The notes beneath the pieces were generated by a model. The model made no database searches and was not told the DNA's origin. It worked only from the letters and a program-made list of their open reading frames with translations. DNA of 64,000 bases from NCBI GenBank assembly GCA_048885535.1, contig JBHLLO010000007.1, forward strand, positions 1 to 64,000, in the 5' to 3' direction. How positions within the stretch are numbered: the first letter of the stretch is position 1; each line of letters begins with the position of its first letter. This document shows positions 41,333 to 51,627 of this stretch, piece after piece. A program made the translations under genes and the position numbers. The stretch comes from Candidatus Hermodarchaeota archaeon. Lineage in GTDB: Archaea > Asgardarchaeota > Lokiarchaeia > Sigyniarchaeales > SOKP01.

Positions 41333-41989
41333 TTAATTAGATCTATTACTTAATTCAAAATCTTCACGTTTATAAATCTTAGTGTCAAATTCTTCAAATC
41401 CTAATGATTTAATAAAATTATAAGAAACTTTATTTTCTTTATAGACTTCGCATCTTAGCTCTTTTATCCCTTTTTCTTTTAAATAATTCCAAGCAATCAT
41501 TCCAATTATAGTCCCTAAACCTTTACGTTGAAATCTTGGAAGTACTCCCAACCCTGCAATAACTCCATATTCATTATTTGATCCCTCTAAATCAAGTATC
41601 ACAAATCCGGCATCTATACCATATACTTTTGCGATTAACATCTTAATTTCTGGAAACTTAAACAGGCTCTTTAAAGATTGAATTGTTAAAGGAGAGAACG
41701 GAGTGCAAGAAGTCATCCAACTTCTATTATGTAAGTAGACTATACTTTCTAAATCATTTTCTGAGGCTTCACGTACTTTTGCTTTAAGAATATTTTGTTC
41801 CACTTTTTTTTTAATATTTTCTTCAAAATCAGGTGTGATTTTTTCCACAGGTAATCTCATTTGAATATATTCCATTCCATTAGTAATTAATTCATCCTCT
41901 ATATCTTCTCTAGATATTCCCTTTTTATCTGAAGCCAAAAATAGGCTTCTAACCCTTTTTTTTTTAAAACTTATCTTCGAATTTGACAT
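41333..41989 (-). CDS. GNAT acetyltransferase (paralog of 42057-42731)
   Basis: GLGVLPRFQRKGLGT and CEVYKEN..S..F...LGF. Confidence 0.88.
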   Translation of the reverse strand: MSNSKISFKKKRVRSLFLASDKKGISREDIEDELITNGMEYIQMRLPVEKITPDFEENIKKKVEQNILKAKVREASENDLESIVYLHNRSWMTSCTPFSPLTIQSLKSLFKFPEIKMLIAKVYGIDAGFVILDLEGSNNEYGVIAGLGVLPRFQRKGLGTIIGMIAWNYLKEKGIKELRCEVYKENKVSYNFIKSLGFEEFDTKIYKREDFELSNRSN

Positions 41990-42056
41990 AGATTTACTTT
42001 AAGAAAATTACTTTTCTGTTTAGATAAAGAATCAGAATTTAAAAAAATTTTATTTT

Positions 42057-42731
42057 TTATGCGTCTTCCAACTCAAAATCTTCATTATGGTAAACTTTCT
42101 CTCCATATATTTCAAAATTAAGCGCTTTTATAAAGTTGAAAGATCTTTGATTTCCTTTATAAACTTCGCATCGAAGTTCTTTAACTCCTTTCTTTTTAAA
42201 ATAATCCCATGCTGCTAAACCAAGTACTGTTCCTAATCCTTTTCTTTGAAATCTCGGTAAAACACCTAAACCTGCAATAATACCGTATTCATTATTTTCG
42301 CCTTCGAAGTCTAGGATGACAAAAGCTCCATCTATTCCGTATACCCTTGCAATTAAAAATGAAGTATCAGGATCAGCAAAAATCTTCTTTATGGTCTCAA
42401 GAGTTATTGGTCTGAATGGAGTGTTTGCGGTTAACCATGATTTGTTATAGATCTCAACAATACTCTTAAAGTCTTTTTCTATCGCCACCCTAATATTAGC
42501 ATGAAAAATATTATGTTCTATTTTCTTTTTTATTTGATCTTCAAAATCTTTTGTTATTTTATCAACTGGTAATCTCATCTGAACATATAACATGCCCTCT
42601 TCAAGAATTTGGGTTTCAAGCTCACTAGCCTTTCCTTTTTGTTTATCTTTTTCAATGCTTAAAAAAAGTGATCTTAATAATTTCCTTTTTAAGAAGACTT
42701 TCTTACTGAATTTCTTTTTTTTCGGAACCAT
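42057..42731 (-). CDS. GNAT acetyltransferase (paralog of 41333-41989)
   Basis: GLGVLPRFQRKGLGT and ELRCEVY. Confidence 0.88.
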   Translation of the reverse strand: MVPKKKKFSKKVFLKRKLLRSLFLSIEKDKQKGKASELETQILEEGMLYVQMRLPVDKITKDFEDQIKKKIEHNIFHANIRVAIEKDFKSIVEIYNKSWLTANTPFRPITLETIKKIFADPDTSFLIARVYGIDGAFVILDFEGENNEYGIIAGLGVLPRFQRKGLGTVLGLAAWDYFKKKGVKELRCEVYKGNQRSFNFIKALNFEIYGEKVYHNEDFELEDA

Positions 42732-42751
42732 AATCTTAGAAAAAGTTAGAG

Positions 42752-44383
42752 TTATAATATTAAATTGAGTTTCTCTCTTATATTATTCTCAATCTGACTA
42801 TCTATAACGGCTTTCCCCCTTAAAATTGAAATACCCTGTTGAATTTTTTTAGTGAAACTTTTATCCTTAGCTAGATTCTTATTCTCACATGAAAATTCGA
42901 AGTTAGATCTTAAGGCCATGTCTTTTTCAATCTTTTCAGAAACAAAAATGTTCAAGTTTTTCATTGCGTCTGATATCTCTGCGTAGAGATCTAGAACATC
43001 AGCTCTAACATTGCCAGGGAAAATTAACTTTATGTTTTCTTCATTTGTGTTCTCATTTTCAATGACTATTCCATATAAAGGCATGTAAACCCATTGAATT
43101 GGCCTAGAAAATAACTCTGCTTGAGCATCGTTTAAAGACCATGCAATTAAGTCTTTAGCTTCTTGTAAGCAAGTTCCTTGCTTTTTCTGAATGATAGCCT
43201 TCAATTCTAAGAACAATTTTTCTATATTATCTTTTAAGCTTAGGATTTCAGAGATTTTTTCTTCTTTTTCTTTCTCAAAAACAGATAGATGTTCATCTCT
43301 ATCCCTTAATTTTATTTTTAATTCTTCTGAAAATCTTTCTAGCTTCTTCTTAGCTTGTTCGTTTACTTGATATGCACGTTCCTTGAATTCCATATATTTA
43401 GCAGTAAGAGAATTAACGACCTCTAAAAATTTATTTCCTTCATTTAGTAAAAAACTAAAGTGATTTTCAAAATCTTCTGTAATATCCTCAAAAATTCTGC
43501 TTTTTAAGGATTCTGTGTTAGTAAAAAATTTATTCTTTTTAAGGATTTCTTCTAATTGTCTCTCAACTGTTTTAAATAAGACCGAGATGTTTTCAATAAC
43601 AACCTTTTTCTCATTTACCTTCCATTGATCAATTTTATCACTTTCCAATGCTATTTGTTCTTTAATCTGATCAGAATCGATAGTTTGAGACGTTTTAGTT
43701 ATCTGCGAGCTATATCTAGTTTCGAGATCTTTCAGTTTAACGTTTAAATTCACTAGCCATTTTTCAACTTCCTTTTCAATAAGTTCAATTTGAGCATTCC
43801 ATCTATACGCATTACCCTTCATATAATCAATTATATTTCTATACTTGTCTGCAACCTTCAGTGCTTCTTCAGTGGTTAATCCATAATCTAATGGCATAAA
43901 AGGTGAAACTGGTTTATACTCTACTAGGTTAATTAGTTGTACTAATGATTGTAGAAAATTTGGATTAATCAACCCATCTATTTGAATTCTTTGGAATTCT
44001 GATTCCTCTCCTTCACCAATCTCTTCTGCTTCCACATCTTTATACAATAAAATTTCTTTTACTTTATTTAATTGTTCAATCTCAGTTCTATTATCAATAT
44101 TTCTTAGAATATGTCCAATTAGTGGTTGTCGAGGTGGATTAGATAATTTATCTTTTTTATTAAACACATTAAGTCCATCTAAAATTATATGGGTACCAAT
44201 TACTCCTTGAATGCACAAAAATGGCCATAATAGTCTTGAAAAAGATATTATTTTCTCATCAGGCTGTAAATCTCTTGATAAGAGATAAAAAGCTAAAGCT
44301 AATTCATCATTCTCTTTAATTGGAGCAATTGTTGGAGGTGTATTAAATAATGGTAATATATATTGATTTCCATGAATTGACAT
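42752..44383 (-). CDS. Hypothetical protein with a long central coiled coil
   Basis: 543-aa ORF with GAGGT SD; residues ~190-410 rich in E/K/L heptads. Confidence 0.75.
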   Translation of the reverse strand: MSIHGNQYILPLFNTPPTIAPIKENDELALAFYLLSRDLQPDEKIISFSRLLWPFLCIQGVIGTHIILDGLNVFNKKDKLSNPPRQPLIGHILRNIDNRTEIEQLNKVKEILLYKDVEAEEIGEGEESEFQRIQIDGLINPNFLQSLVQLINLVEYKPVSPFMPLDYGLTTEEALKVADKYRNIIDYMKGNAYRWNAQIELIEKEVEKWLVNLNVKLKDLETRYSSQITKTSQTIDSDQIKEQIALESDKIDQWKVNEKKVVIENISVLFKTVERQLEEILKKNKFFTNTESLKSRIFEDITEDFENHFSFLLNEGNKFLEVVNSLTAKYMEFKERAYQVNEQAKKKLERFSEELKIKLRDRDEHLSVFEKEKEEKISEILSLKDNIEKLFLELKAIIQKKQGTCLQEAKDLIAWSLNDAQAELFSRPIQWVYMPLYGIVIENENTNEENIKLIFPGNVRADVLDLYAEISDAMKNLNIFVSEKIEKDMALRSNFEFSCENKNLAKDKSFTKKIQQGISILRGKAVIDSQIENNIREKLNLIL

Positions 44384-44488
44384 GAAACAGACCTCTTGAT
44401 TTTAAAATGTTTAATAATAGGGGGTTAAAAATACCTAATTAATTATTCCTAAAAATTTTATTTCTTTAGAATAAATTACATTAGAAAT

Positions 44489-45346
44489 TTATCTTAATTG
44501 TTCATAATTATTTGCTATGACAATAATTAGCAATGAGAGTAATATTAACAGAGGGGGTAGAATAGCTCTCACATGATACCACTCAAACGTGTCAAGAACT
44601 CCTTGAAGAATTCGACCGATAAAGTAAATTAGAAATCCAATAGCATTTAAGGCATAAGATCTCCGTAGAACCCCAAAAGTCCTGATCGCCAGATTTATAA
44701 ATAAAAATGGAATGATTGCTACAAATAAGGGTAATAAAATAAAATTCAATACAGCTCTCCCTGCCGGATATCCAAAAACGGTAACTAAACTATTAGGATC
44801 AACTCCATATCTATCTACAAAATCAGGATCCATAAAAAGTGAATCTGGTAAGGTCAAAGCAAGTATACCTATAACAATTGGGATTAATATTAATAATATT
44901 TTAAAAAACATTCTTGCTTTTGTATTTCTTACAAATTTCTTAAATTTAGTTTCACTTTTGATGCCAGATACTTCTGTTTCTGTTATCGGAGGAAAAATTA
45001 AAATTCCAAATACTCCCATTAAACTTGCAATTCCTAACCATGTTGAAAATGTTGCCAAACGATATTCTAACATTAAAGTATTTACAAGCTCAGTATTAGA
45101 GATAACACCTTCCAGTTCAGGAGCATAAAAATAATAAATTATAAAAAAAACGCGTCCACCTGCCAAACATAAAAATAATATTGAAAAATATAACCAAAAG
45201 TATTTCTTTGAAGTTCTAAACCTCATTAATAAAAAGTATGCAAAAATTAGAAAATAGTATCCTACGATCACATAATATAATCCTGATTCAATTGCATCCC
45301 AAATATCAAAAAATTGAAAATAATCTTGAAATATCATAATTATCAA
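44489..45346 (-). CDS. Hypothetical 7-TM membrane protein
   Basis: Seven hydrophobic segments counted by eye. Confidence 0.7.
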   Translation of the reverse strand: MIIMIFQDYFQFFDIWDAIESGLYYVIVGYYFLIFAYFLLMRFRTSKKYFWLYFSILFLCLAGGRVFFIIYYFYAPELEGVISNTELVNTLMLEYRLATFSTWLGIASLMGVFGILIFPPITETEVSGIKSETKFKKFVRNTKARMFFKILLILIPIVIGILALTLPDSLFMDPDFVDRYGVDPNSLVTVFGYPAGRAVLNFILLPLFVAIIPFLFINLAIRTFGVLRRSYALNAIGFLIYFIGRILQGVLDTFEWYHVRAILPPLLILLSLLIIVIANNYEQLR

Positions 45347-45515
45347 TTTATTATTGTATAGTAATAATTATTTTGTAATTTCATCTTAAATTATATTAAT
45401 ACTATCTTTTAGTTATATAAAAATTTATATTATTAGAATAGATATCTTGAATTCTTAAAATACAAATATAATTAAAAATTTCTAAAATCAATAATAGAAG
45501 AGAATAGAGAAAAAA

Positions 45516-46997
45516 ATGAAAATAAATGATAATATAGAAACTTTTAACTCATTATTGAAACGTCGAGGGTTCATCTGGGGACCAAGTCCTGAAATTTATG
45601 GTGGTTTAGCTGGTTTTTACTCATATGGTCCAGCAGGAATGGAATTAAAAAACAATATCTTATCAATATTTAGAAGAGAATTGAGATATTTTGGATTTGG
45701 AGAGGTTGAATGCCCCACCATAATGCCCGAAATCGTATGGAGTGCTTCAGGTCATCTAGACCGTTTTATCGATCCTGTGATAAAATGTGAAGATTGTAAC
45801 TCTCTTTATAGGGTAGATAAACTACTAGAGGAAAGCTTTCCTGATATAAAGATTGACGGCTTATCTTTCGAAGAAATGGAAGATTTAATCAAAAAAAATA
45901 AAGTCTCATGCCCAAAATGTGGTAAAGCTTTCCAAAAAATTGAAAAATATAATTTAATGCTTAAAACAGTAATTGGAAATGATACTATTGCATATTTAAG
46001 ACCCGAAACAGCAACGACAACTTATCTACTTTTTAATAGATTAGATCAAGACGCTAGAAGGCAATATCCAATAAAGATTTATCAATTTGGTAAAGCTTAT
46101 AGAAATGAAATCTCTCCAAGACAATTAATACTAAGAATGAGAGCATTTGATCAACTTGAACTTCAATTATTTATAGGTAAAAAACAAGAAATGGATTTTG
46201 AAGATTATTATGAGGTTAAAGATCAAAAATTACCACTATTAGATTGGAGAATTCAAGAAAAAAAGATAGAAAGGCCTAATTTTATTCCTCTAGAAAAGGC
46301 AATCAAAGAGGGGATAATTAAGAAGCAAGCCTTTGCATATTGTCTTTATTTAGGTTATTATTTAACAAAGAAAATTGGCATCCCCGATAATTCAATAAGA
46401 TATAGACAACACTCTCCTCAAGAGAGATCCCACTATGCAGATGATGCTTGGGACTTAGAAATAGCAACCAATCAATTTGGGTGGATTGAAATCTGTGGAG
46501 TACACGATAGAACTGATTACGATTTAAAAAGACATGGGGAATATTCAAAGCAAGATTTCAAGATAAGTATGGGAACTGATACAAATTTAAGAGAAATTCC
46601 ACAAATCCTCGAGATTGCGTTTGGAATCGATAGAATCATGTATACTTTGCTGGAAAATGCTTTCAATGTAGAAGAAGGCAGAATTAATCTAAAATTAGAA
46701 AAGGAGTTGGCACCCAATACTATAGCTGTTTTTCCATTAGTAAAAAATAAGAAAAAAATTAGGAACTTAGCATTAAAAATTCATCGATATTTACTTGAAC
46801 ATCGTATTAAATCTTTCTATGATGAGGCAGGTTCTATTGGAAAGCGATATCGTAGACAAGATGAATTAGGAACTCCGTACTGCATAACTATAGATTATCA
46901 GTCCCTTGAAAATAACACTGTCACTATTCGAAATAGAGATTCTATGGATCAATTTAGAGTTAAAACTTCTGAGATTCTAAATACTGTGAATAAATAA
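45516..46997 (+). CDS. glyS: Glycine--tRNA ligase (alpha2, archaeal/eukaryotic type)
   Basis: KRRGF...EIYGG..G.Y.YGP.G, YLRPETA, GKAYRNEISPRQ, SIGKRYRRQDELGTPYCITID. Confidence 0.95.
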   Translation: MKINDNIETFNSLLKRRGFIWGPSPEIYGGLAGFYSYGPAGMELKNNILSIFRRELRYFGFGEVECPTIMPEIVWSASGHLDRFIDPVIKCEDCNSLYRVDKLLEESFPDIKIDGLSFEEMEDLIKKNKVSCPKCGKAFQKIEKYNLMLKTVIGNDTIAYLRPETATTTYLLFNRLDQDARRQYPIKIYQFGKAYRNEISPRQLILRMRAFDQLELQLFIGKKQEMDFEDYYEVKDQKLPLLDWRIQEKKIERPNFIPLEKAIKEGIIKKQAFAYCLYLGYYLTKKIGIPDNSIRYRQHSPQERSHYADDAWDLEIATNQFGWIEICGVHDRTDYDLKRHGEYSKQDFKISMGTDTNLREIPQILEIAFGIDRIMYTLLENAFNVEEGRINLKLEKELAPNTIAVFPLVKNKKKIRNLALKIHRYLLEHRIKSFYDEAGSIGKRYRRQDELGTPYCITIDYQSLENNTVTIRNRDSMDQFRVKTSEILNTVNK

Positions 46998-47127
46998 TAG
47001 ATTGAAATTAAAGTTAAAATATCTCAAAAAAAAAGAGATTTTCAGAAAAAAATTTTAAAGAGAAGAAAATTTTTTAAAAAAATATAGCTTTAATTTATAA
47101 AAATTTAAAATCTAAATAATTATCAAT

Positions 47128-49890
47128 ATGAATCTCACTAACACTTCTACTTTTTGGAAAAAACATAGAAGAACTGCGGGAAAAAAGAAACAATTCATGA
47201 TTTTGCTTATGATTTTCACCATAATGATAAGTACTTTATTTTTTCTCAAGGATTTCTCTCGATCTGATGGTAATCTAACCATTCTAGAAAATGAAATTGA
47301 TAATAGAGAGATTACTTCTCCAAATTCAGCAGATATTGGTTATCTATTTCAAGATCCTTTTAAACAAAATTTTGAGGAGATTTGGCAATTTTTTAGGAGT
47401 AATTATGTATCCGATTTAGAATTAGATATTGATACTTATTATAGAGAAGGTAATAACGTGGGTACAATACTCGATGATAAGGTGTATCCCATCGATAATT
47501 TATTACTCTATAAATCTTTATTGAAAGAAGATATTACTCCAACAGAAACATACAATAACTATTTAAAATTGAAAGAATCTCCTTTATGGTTTGAAGGAAA
47601 TGTTAATCAGTATAAATATGGGTTTGTTAAATCAGTTGATAATAGCACAAAAGAAGTATTTGATGATAATAGATATTTAGTTGATAATTTAATGCCCATT
47701 TTTCTATTGATTGAGAATATAGGCGCAGAAATAGACAATATTAATGTTGGAGGAACATATCCGAAAGATTCCATCGAAGAAGCATTTTTCCTTTTAAATT
47801 CTTCGGAATTCTGGGATTATACAAATGAAGGATTTTATCACCATAACTCAACGACAGACAAATATACAGAAAGTAATTTATATGCAATTTTAGCAAATTT
47901 GGAGCTTAATAAATTATATAAAAAGCTGAATATTGCGCCGACAATTAGAAATAGAGCTTTTGAGTTAGCAGAAACAACAATGAATAGACTTCTATTAGAA
48001 GTATGGGATCAAGTAAATGGTGGATTTGAATATTATGCCTTAAACAATTGGAATACAGGGAGTAATTACAAATATTTACATGTTAATGCTTTAGGAATAA
48101 TAACATTAATCGAATTTTGGAAGGAAACAGGTATGGAAAATGATACATATCTTCAATTAGCTGAATACCTTTTTAATAAATTAGAAGTAATGTGGGATAC
48201 AGGATTTAACGGATATGAATATAATCGCGATGGAGTATGGGATATCTCTGGAGCTAATCCTGTTATAGAATTAGAGGCAAATTCAATTATGTTAACTGCA
48301 TGCTTGAAATTATTCGAAACTACTGGAAATATCACATATTATAATCGAGCTTGGCAATTACACGAAACTTTTGAAAACGACTTTTATGATGGAGGAGTAA
48401 ATGCATATAGATTGTCAATAGATTCTCCCATTAATAATAATAAGAATTTTTATGCTAACTTAAGATTAAGTGAAGCATACTTGTATGCCTTTGAAATCTA
48501 TAATAGCACAATTATTAATGCTGAGTACAATGTGTCAGAAACGATTCCAGATTATATATTTAACCAAGAGAGTATGAACATAACTAGTAGTTATGCATTT
48601 GAAAAAGAAGTTGAATATTTTAATAATACAGAAGGAACATACGAGACATATAAAAGTATTTACAACATTGATACTGCTGATATTTCTTATTTATTTAAAT
48701 TTCCAAACGGTACTCTTCTAGAAAAGAGAGAACGTCAAATATTAGGTGATTCAATTACGTTGATATATAATATAAATGATTCAATGCCCATTGGAAATGG
48801 TTACTATCTCCATATCTATGCAAATTCTTCAGTTTTCGCAACTGCTATTACTTTAAAACGTTATAATATTATTTCTGGATTAGTAAATATTAGGATTTTA
48901 GGCTTACCTAGTACTCTTTACCAAGGACCTACATTAAATGTAACTCTTCAAATAAATAATACACGAAAAGATGATGTGACCTTAAATACATCTATGGAGG
49001 GATACGATATCTTTAATGAAACAAAGATGGTCTATTTCCCATCTATGGTCATAACTAATATTTCCTTTAACTTAAGAACAGTACTAGACGCAAATTTAGG
49101 ACCTAATTCAATAATTTTTCAATTGCAAAAAAATAACGTGCTCTATTTAGAAATTATTCGATCTATTAATATTGGATATTCTTTTGATTATTCTAATTTC
49201 TTTTATGAAAGCAGCTCTATAAGTGGAGGGAGTATTGATCTCTCTATAACTCTTATAAACTTTTTACCAAATAGCTCTCAGTATGTTAATATCAGTTTTT
49301 CTGGAGACTATCTTACTCAAGAATTAGTAGATGAAATCGGTTTATTGAAAAGCGAGATTAGAACTTTATATTATACGCTTAATTTAGCAGAAAATATCAC
49401 ACTCAATACAATAGATGTAGAAATGAATATCAAGAAAGGAGATACAATTTTTTATTCAGAACTATTTACCATTCACATTATCAAAAAGTATGAAATTTTA
49501 AGCGTTACTTTTCCTGATATAATACCTCAAGGAGAATATGCTTATTTTATCATGGTTATTCGAAATAATCAAGAAATTTCTGAATTATTTTCCTTGTATG
49601 CTAATGGTGAGAGAATAATAGCTAATATCAATGGATTAAGTCCTGGCGAAAATAGAATTATTGCTAGAATATTACCCACCATAAATCCCTATGATTTTGA
49701 AACAAAATCTTACACTTTTGCCCTAAGAGATAGTTCAAATGAAATAATTGCTCAATATTTTTTCCAGGTAAAAGTTGAATTAACAGCATTCAATTTTGTT
49801 GTTTTTTATTTATTACCTATAATTATTCCGATTAGTATTGTTTTATTCTATAAAAGTAAAGAAATAAAACACAAATTGCTAAGGAGATGA
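47128..49890 (+). CDS. Large membrane-anchored extracellular protein: alpha/alpha-toroid (glycoside hydrolase-like) domain plus Ig-like domains
   Basis: N-terminal TM; repeated W/Y-D-x-x-x-x-G-[FY] motifs (WDYTNEGF, WDQVNGGF, WDTGFNGY); 'KYTESN', 'ETTGNITYYNRA'; beta-rich C-terminal half; C-terminal TM with basic tail. Confidence 0.65.
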   Translation: MNLTNTSTFWKKHRRTAGKKKQFMILLMIFTIMISTLFFLKDFSRSDGNLTILENEIDNREITSPNSADIGYLFQDPFKQNFEEIWQFFRSNYVSDLELDIDTYYREGNNVGTILDDKVYPIDNLLLYKSLLKEDITPTETYNNYLKLKESPLWFEGNVNQYKYGFVKSVDNSTKEVFDDNRYLVDNLMPIFLLIENIGAEIDNINVGGTYPKDSIEEAFFLLNSSEFWDYTNEGFYHHNSTTDKYTESNLYAILANLELNKLYKKLNIAPTIRNRAFELAETTMNRLLLEVWDQVNGGFEYYALNNWNTGSNYKYLHVNALGIITLIEFWKETGMENDTYLQLAEYLFNKLEVMWDTGFNGYEYNRDGVWDISGANPVIELEANSIMLTACLKLFETTGNITYYNRAWQLHETFENDFYDGGVNAYRLSIDSPINNNKNFYANLRLSEAYLYAFEIYNSTIINAEYNVSETIPDYIFNQESMNITSSYAFEKEVEYFNNTEGTYETYKSIYNIDTADISYLFKFPNGTLLEKRERQILGDSITLIYNINDSMPIGNGYYLHIYANSSVFATAITLKRYNIISGLVNIRILGLPSTLYQGPTLNVTLQINNTRKDDVTLNTSMEGYDIFNETKMVYFPSMVITNISFNLRTVLDANLGPNSIIFQLQKNNVLYLEIIRSINIGYSFDYSNFFYESSSISGGSIDLSITLINFLPNSSQYVNISFSGDYLTQELVDEIGLLKSEIRTLYYTLNLAENITLNTIDVEMNIKKGDTIFYSELFTIHIIKKYEILSVTFPDIIPQGEYAYFIMVIRNNQEISELFSLYANGERIIANINGLSPGENRIIARILPTINPYDFETKSYTFALRDSSNEIIAQYFFQVKVELTAFNFVVFYLLPIIIPISIVLFYKSKEIKHKLLRR

Positions 49891-51590
49891 CCAAATTAAT
49901 GGTAAAATGCAAAAAATTAATAGTATCTATGTTTGTTCTTTTAATATTTATATCGATAGTCTTCAACCTTACGATATATCATCAAAAATCTTTAATAAGT
50001 CATTCTAGAATCTCAAATGATGAAAGTTTGATAAATTTACGACCTGCTCAAAATAATCATAAAGCAGTAAATTATTCAGCAATATCTCGGAATGTTTCAG
50101 CAATATATCGTCTATTTGAGTCTGTTGAACTAACTGTTAATATATCAGGGTTTACCAATGTAGATTATACAATAATGCAAATAGATTTCTCTAATAATAC
50201 AGTTAGAAATTATAATATGACTTTTATAGGTAATGATGAATATCAGTATGTTTATTCTCCTAAATCATATGCGCCCTTAGGTTTTCAGAATGTTAGCTTT
50301 TTAATCTATAATACATCGGATCAAGTGATAAATGCTCATACCACATACACAAATTTTACTATATATACGAACTATTTAGCATCTCTTTATAGTTTTGAAT
50401 ATAGTAGAGGTGATATCGTTTATGCTGAATTTATTGTGAATGATTATGATGTATATAATTTCAATTGGAATGTAACTGTTGTTGATAGTATATCTGAAAC
50501 AAACCAGAATAATTTAATTAACCTGGGAAATAACATTCAGCAAGCATCATTTTTATTAGATGATCGATTACCTCAACCTGATAAAATTTATTATATTAAA
50601 CTCAATATGACAGATAATTCTCCATTTATAAGAAAAGCAGCATATGTTCCATTTAAAGTCTTAAATTCAGTTCCACAAATAGTCATATCTTCGATTAATT
50701 TTTCAAAGACAGAATTTAAAAGAACTGAAGAATGTCAGATCTCTTTAAATGTATCTGATCTCGATCCAAATGCGAAAGCAGGGCGTACTAATGTTTCTTT
50801 AATATTAATAACTCCTACAGGACAACGAGAGAGTCCTATTATCTTAACAAATAATAAGGATTGGACTTTTGATGAAACATTCTCCATAGCTGCTAACAAA
50901 CCAATTGGAACATACCAAGCTATATTAGAAGCTAAAGATCAATACACTGGAAAAGGAAAATATAATACTACTTTAAATATAATAAATAATCCTCCAAAAA
51001 TTCATAATTTTTGGATAAATGGTAGATCTATTGAAGAGAGTATTGCAATAAATTATGGTCAAGATATCAGTTTCACTTTTAACATTTCTGATGTAGAAGA
51101 TACAATTGCCTATATAACTGTTGGACTATTAGATGAGAATAACAATTGGTACAATACATCAAAAATGTATACTAACAATTTGGTGATTACATTGAGTTCG
51201 GTCAACTTAATTACGGGAGTGTGGTATGTTTATATATCTGTAACTGATGCTGACGGTGATACAACTTATCTTACTTCTGACTACGGATTAGGCCCAAAAG
51301 AAATTAGAATTATTCCAGATACTTTAAGTCCAATACTACCGTGGATTACATTGAGTATAGGGGTAATTTTTGGAGTATTATTGGGAATTGCGTTCTCATA
51401 TAAACGAATAAAGTCAAAATCCCTAGAAACTCCGAGTATAACTCCAAAGAAAAAAGATATTCCTCCAAAAAGGAAAAAAGTTAAAAAAACCGAAGAATTA
51501 ATTAAAGAGGAGGAAATAGAGAAAGCCGAAATCGAAGAAGAACAAGAACGAAAACCTCCTCAAAGAAAAATTAAAAGAAAATTAAAATAA
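49887..51590 (+). CDS. Membrane-anchored Ig-like surface glycoprotein
   Basis: N- and C-terminal TMs, many N-x-S/T sequons, 'NNPPKI'/'VSDLD'/'TDADG' beta-sandwich repeats, charged tail; ATGA overlap with the upstream gene. Confidence 0.7.
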   Translation: MTKLMVKCKKLIVSMFVLLIFISIVFNLTIYHQKSLISHSRISNDESLINLRPAQNNHKAVNYSAISRNVSAIYRLFESVELTVNISGFTNVDYTIMQIDFSNNTVRNYNMTFIGNDEYQYVYSPKSYAPLGFQNVSFLIYNTSDQVINAHTTYTNFTIYTNYLASLYSFEYSRGDIVYAEFIVNDYDVYNFNWNVTVVDSISETNQNNLINLGNNIQQASFLLDDRLPQPDKIYYIKLNMTDNSPFIRKAAYVPFKVLNSVPQIVISSINFSKTEFKRTEECQISLNVSDLDPNAKAGRTNVSLILITPTGQRESPIILTNNKDWTFDETFSIAANKPIGTYQAILEAKDQYTGKGKYNTTLNIINNPPKIHNFWINGRSIEESIAINYGQDISFTFNISDVEDTIAYITVGLLDENNNWYNTSKMYTNNLVITLSSVNLITGVWYVYISVTDADGDTTYLTSDYGLGPKEIRIIPDTLSPILPWITLSIGVIFGVLLGIAFSYKRIKSKSLETPSITPKKKDIPPKRKKVKKTEELIKEEEIEKAEIEEEQERKPPQRKIKRKLK

Positions 51591-51627
51591 AAATAGAAAT
51601 TTTTTCTTATAAATTAATAAGAAATTC

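Noticed and set aside
51430-51590. SV40-like NLS motifs (PPKRKKVKK here; PKKKKFSKK at 42731)
   Set aside because: Lys-rich tails are expected from AT-rich codon bias and the positive-inside rule; there is no evidence of a targeting function.
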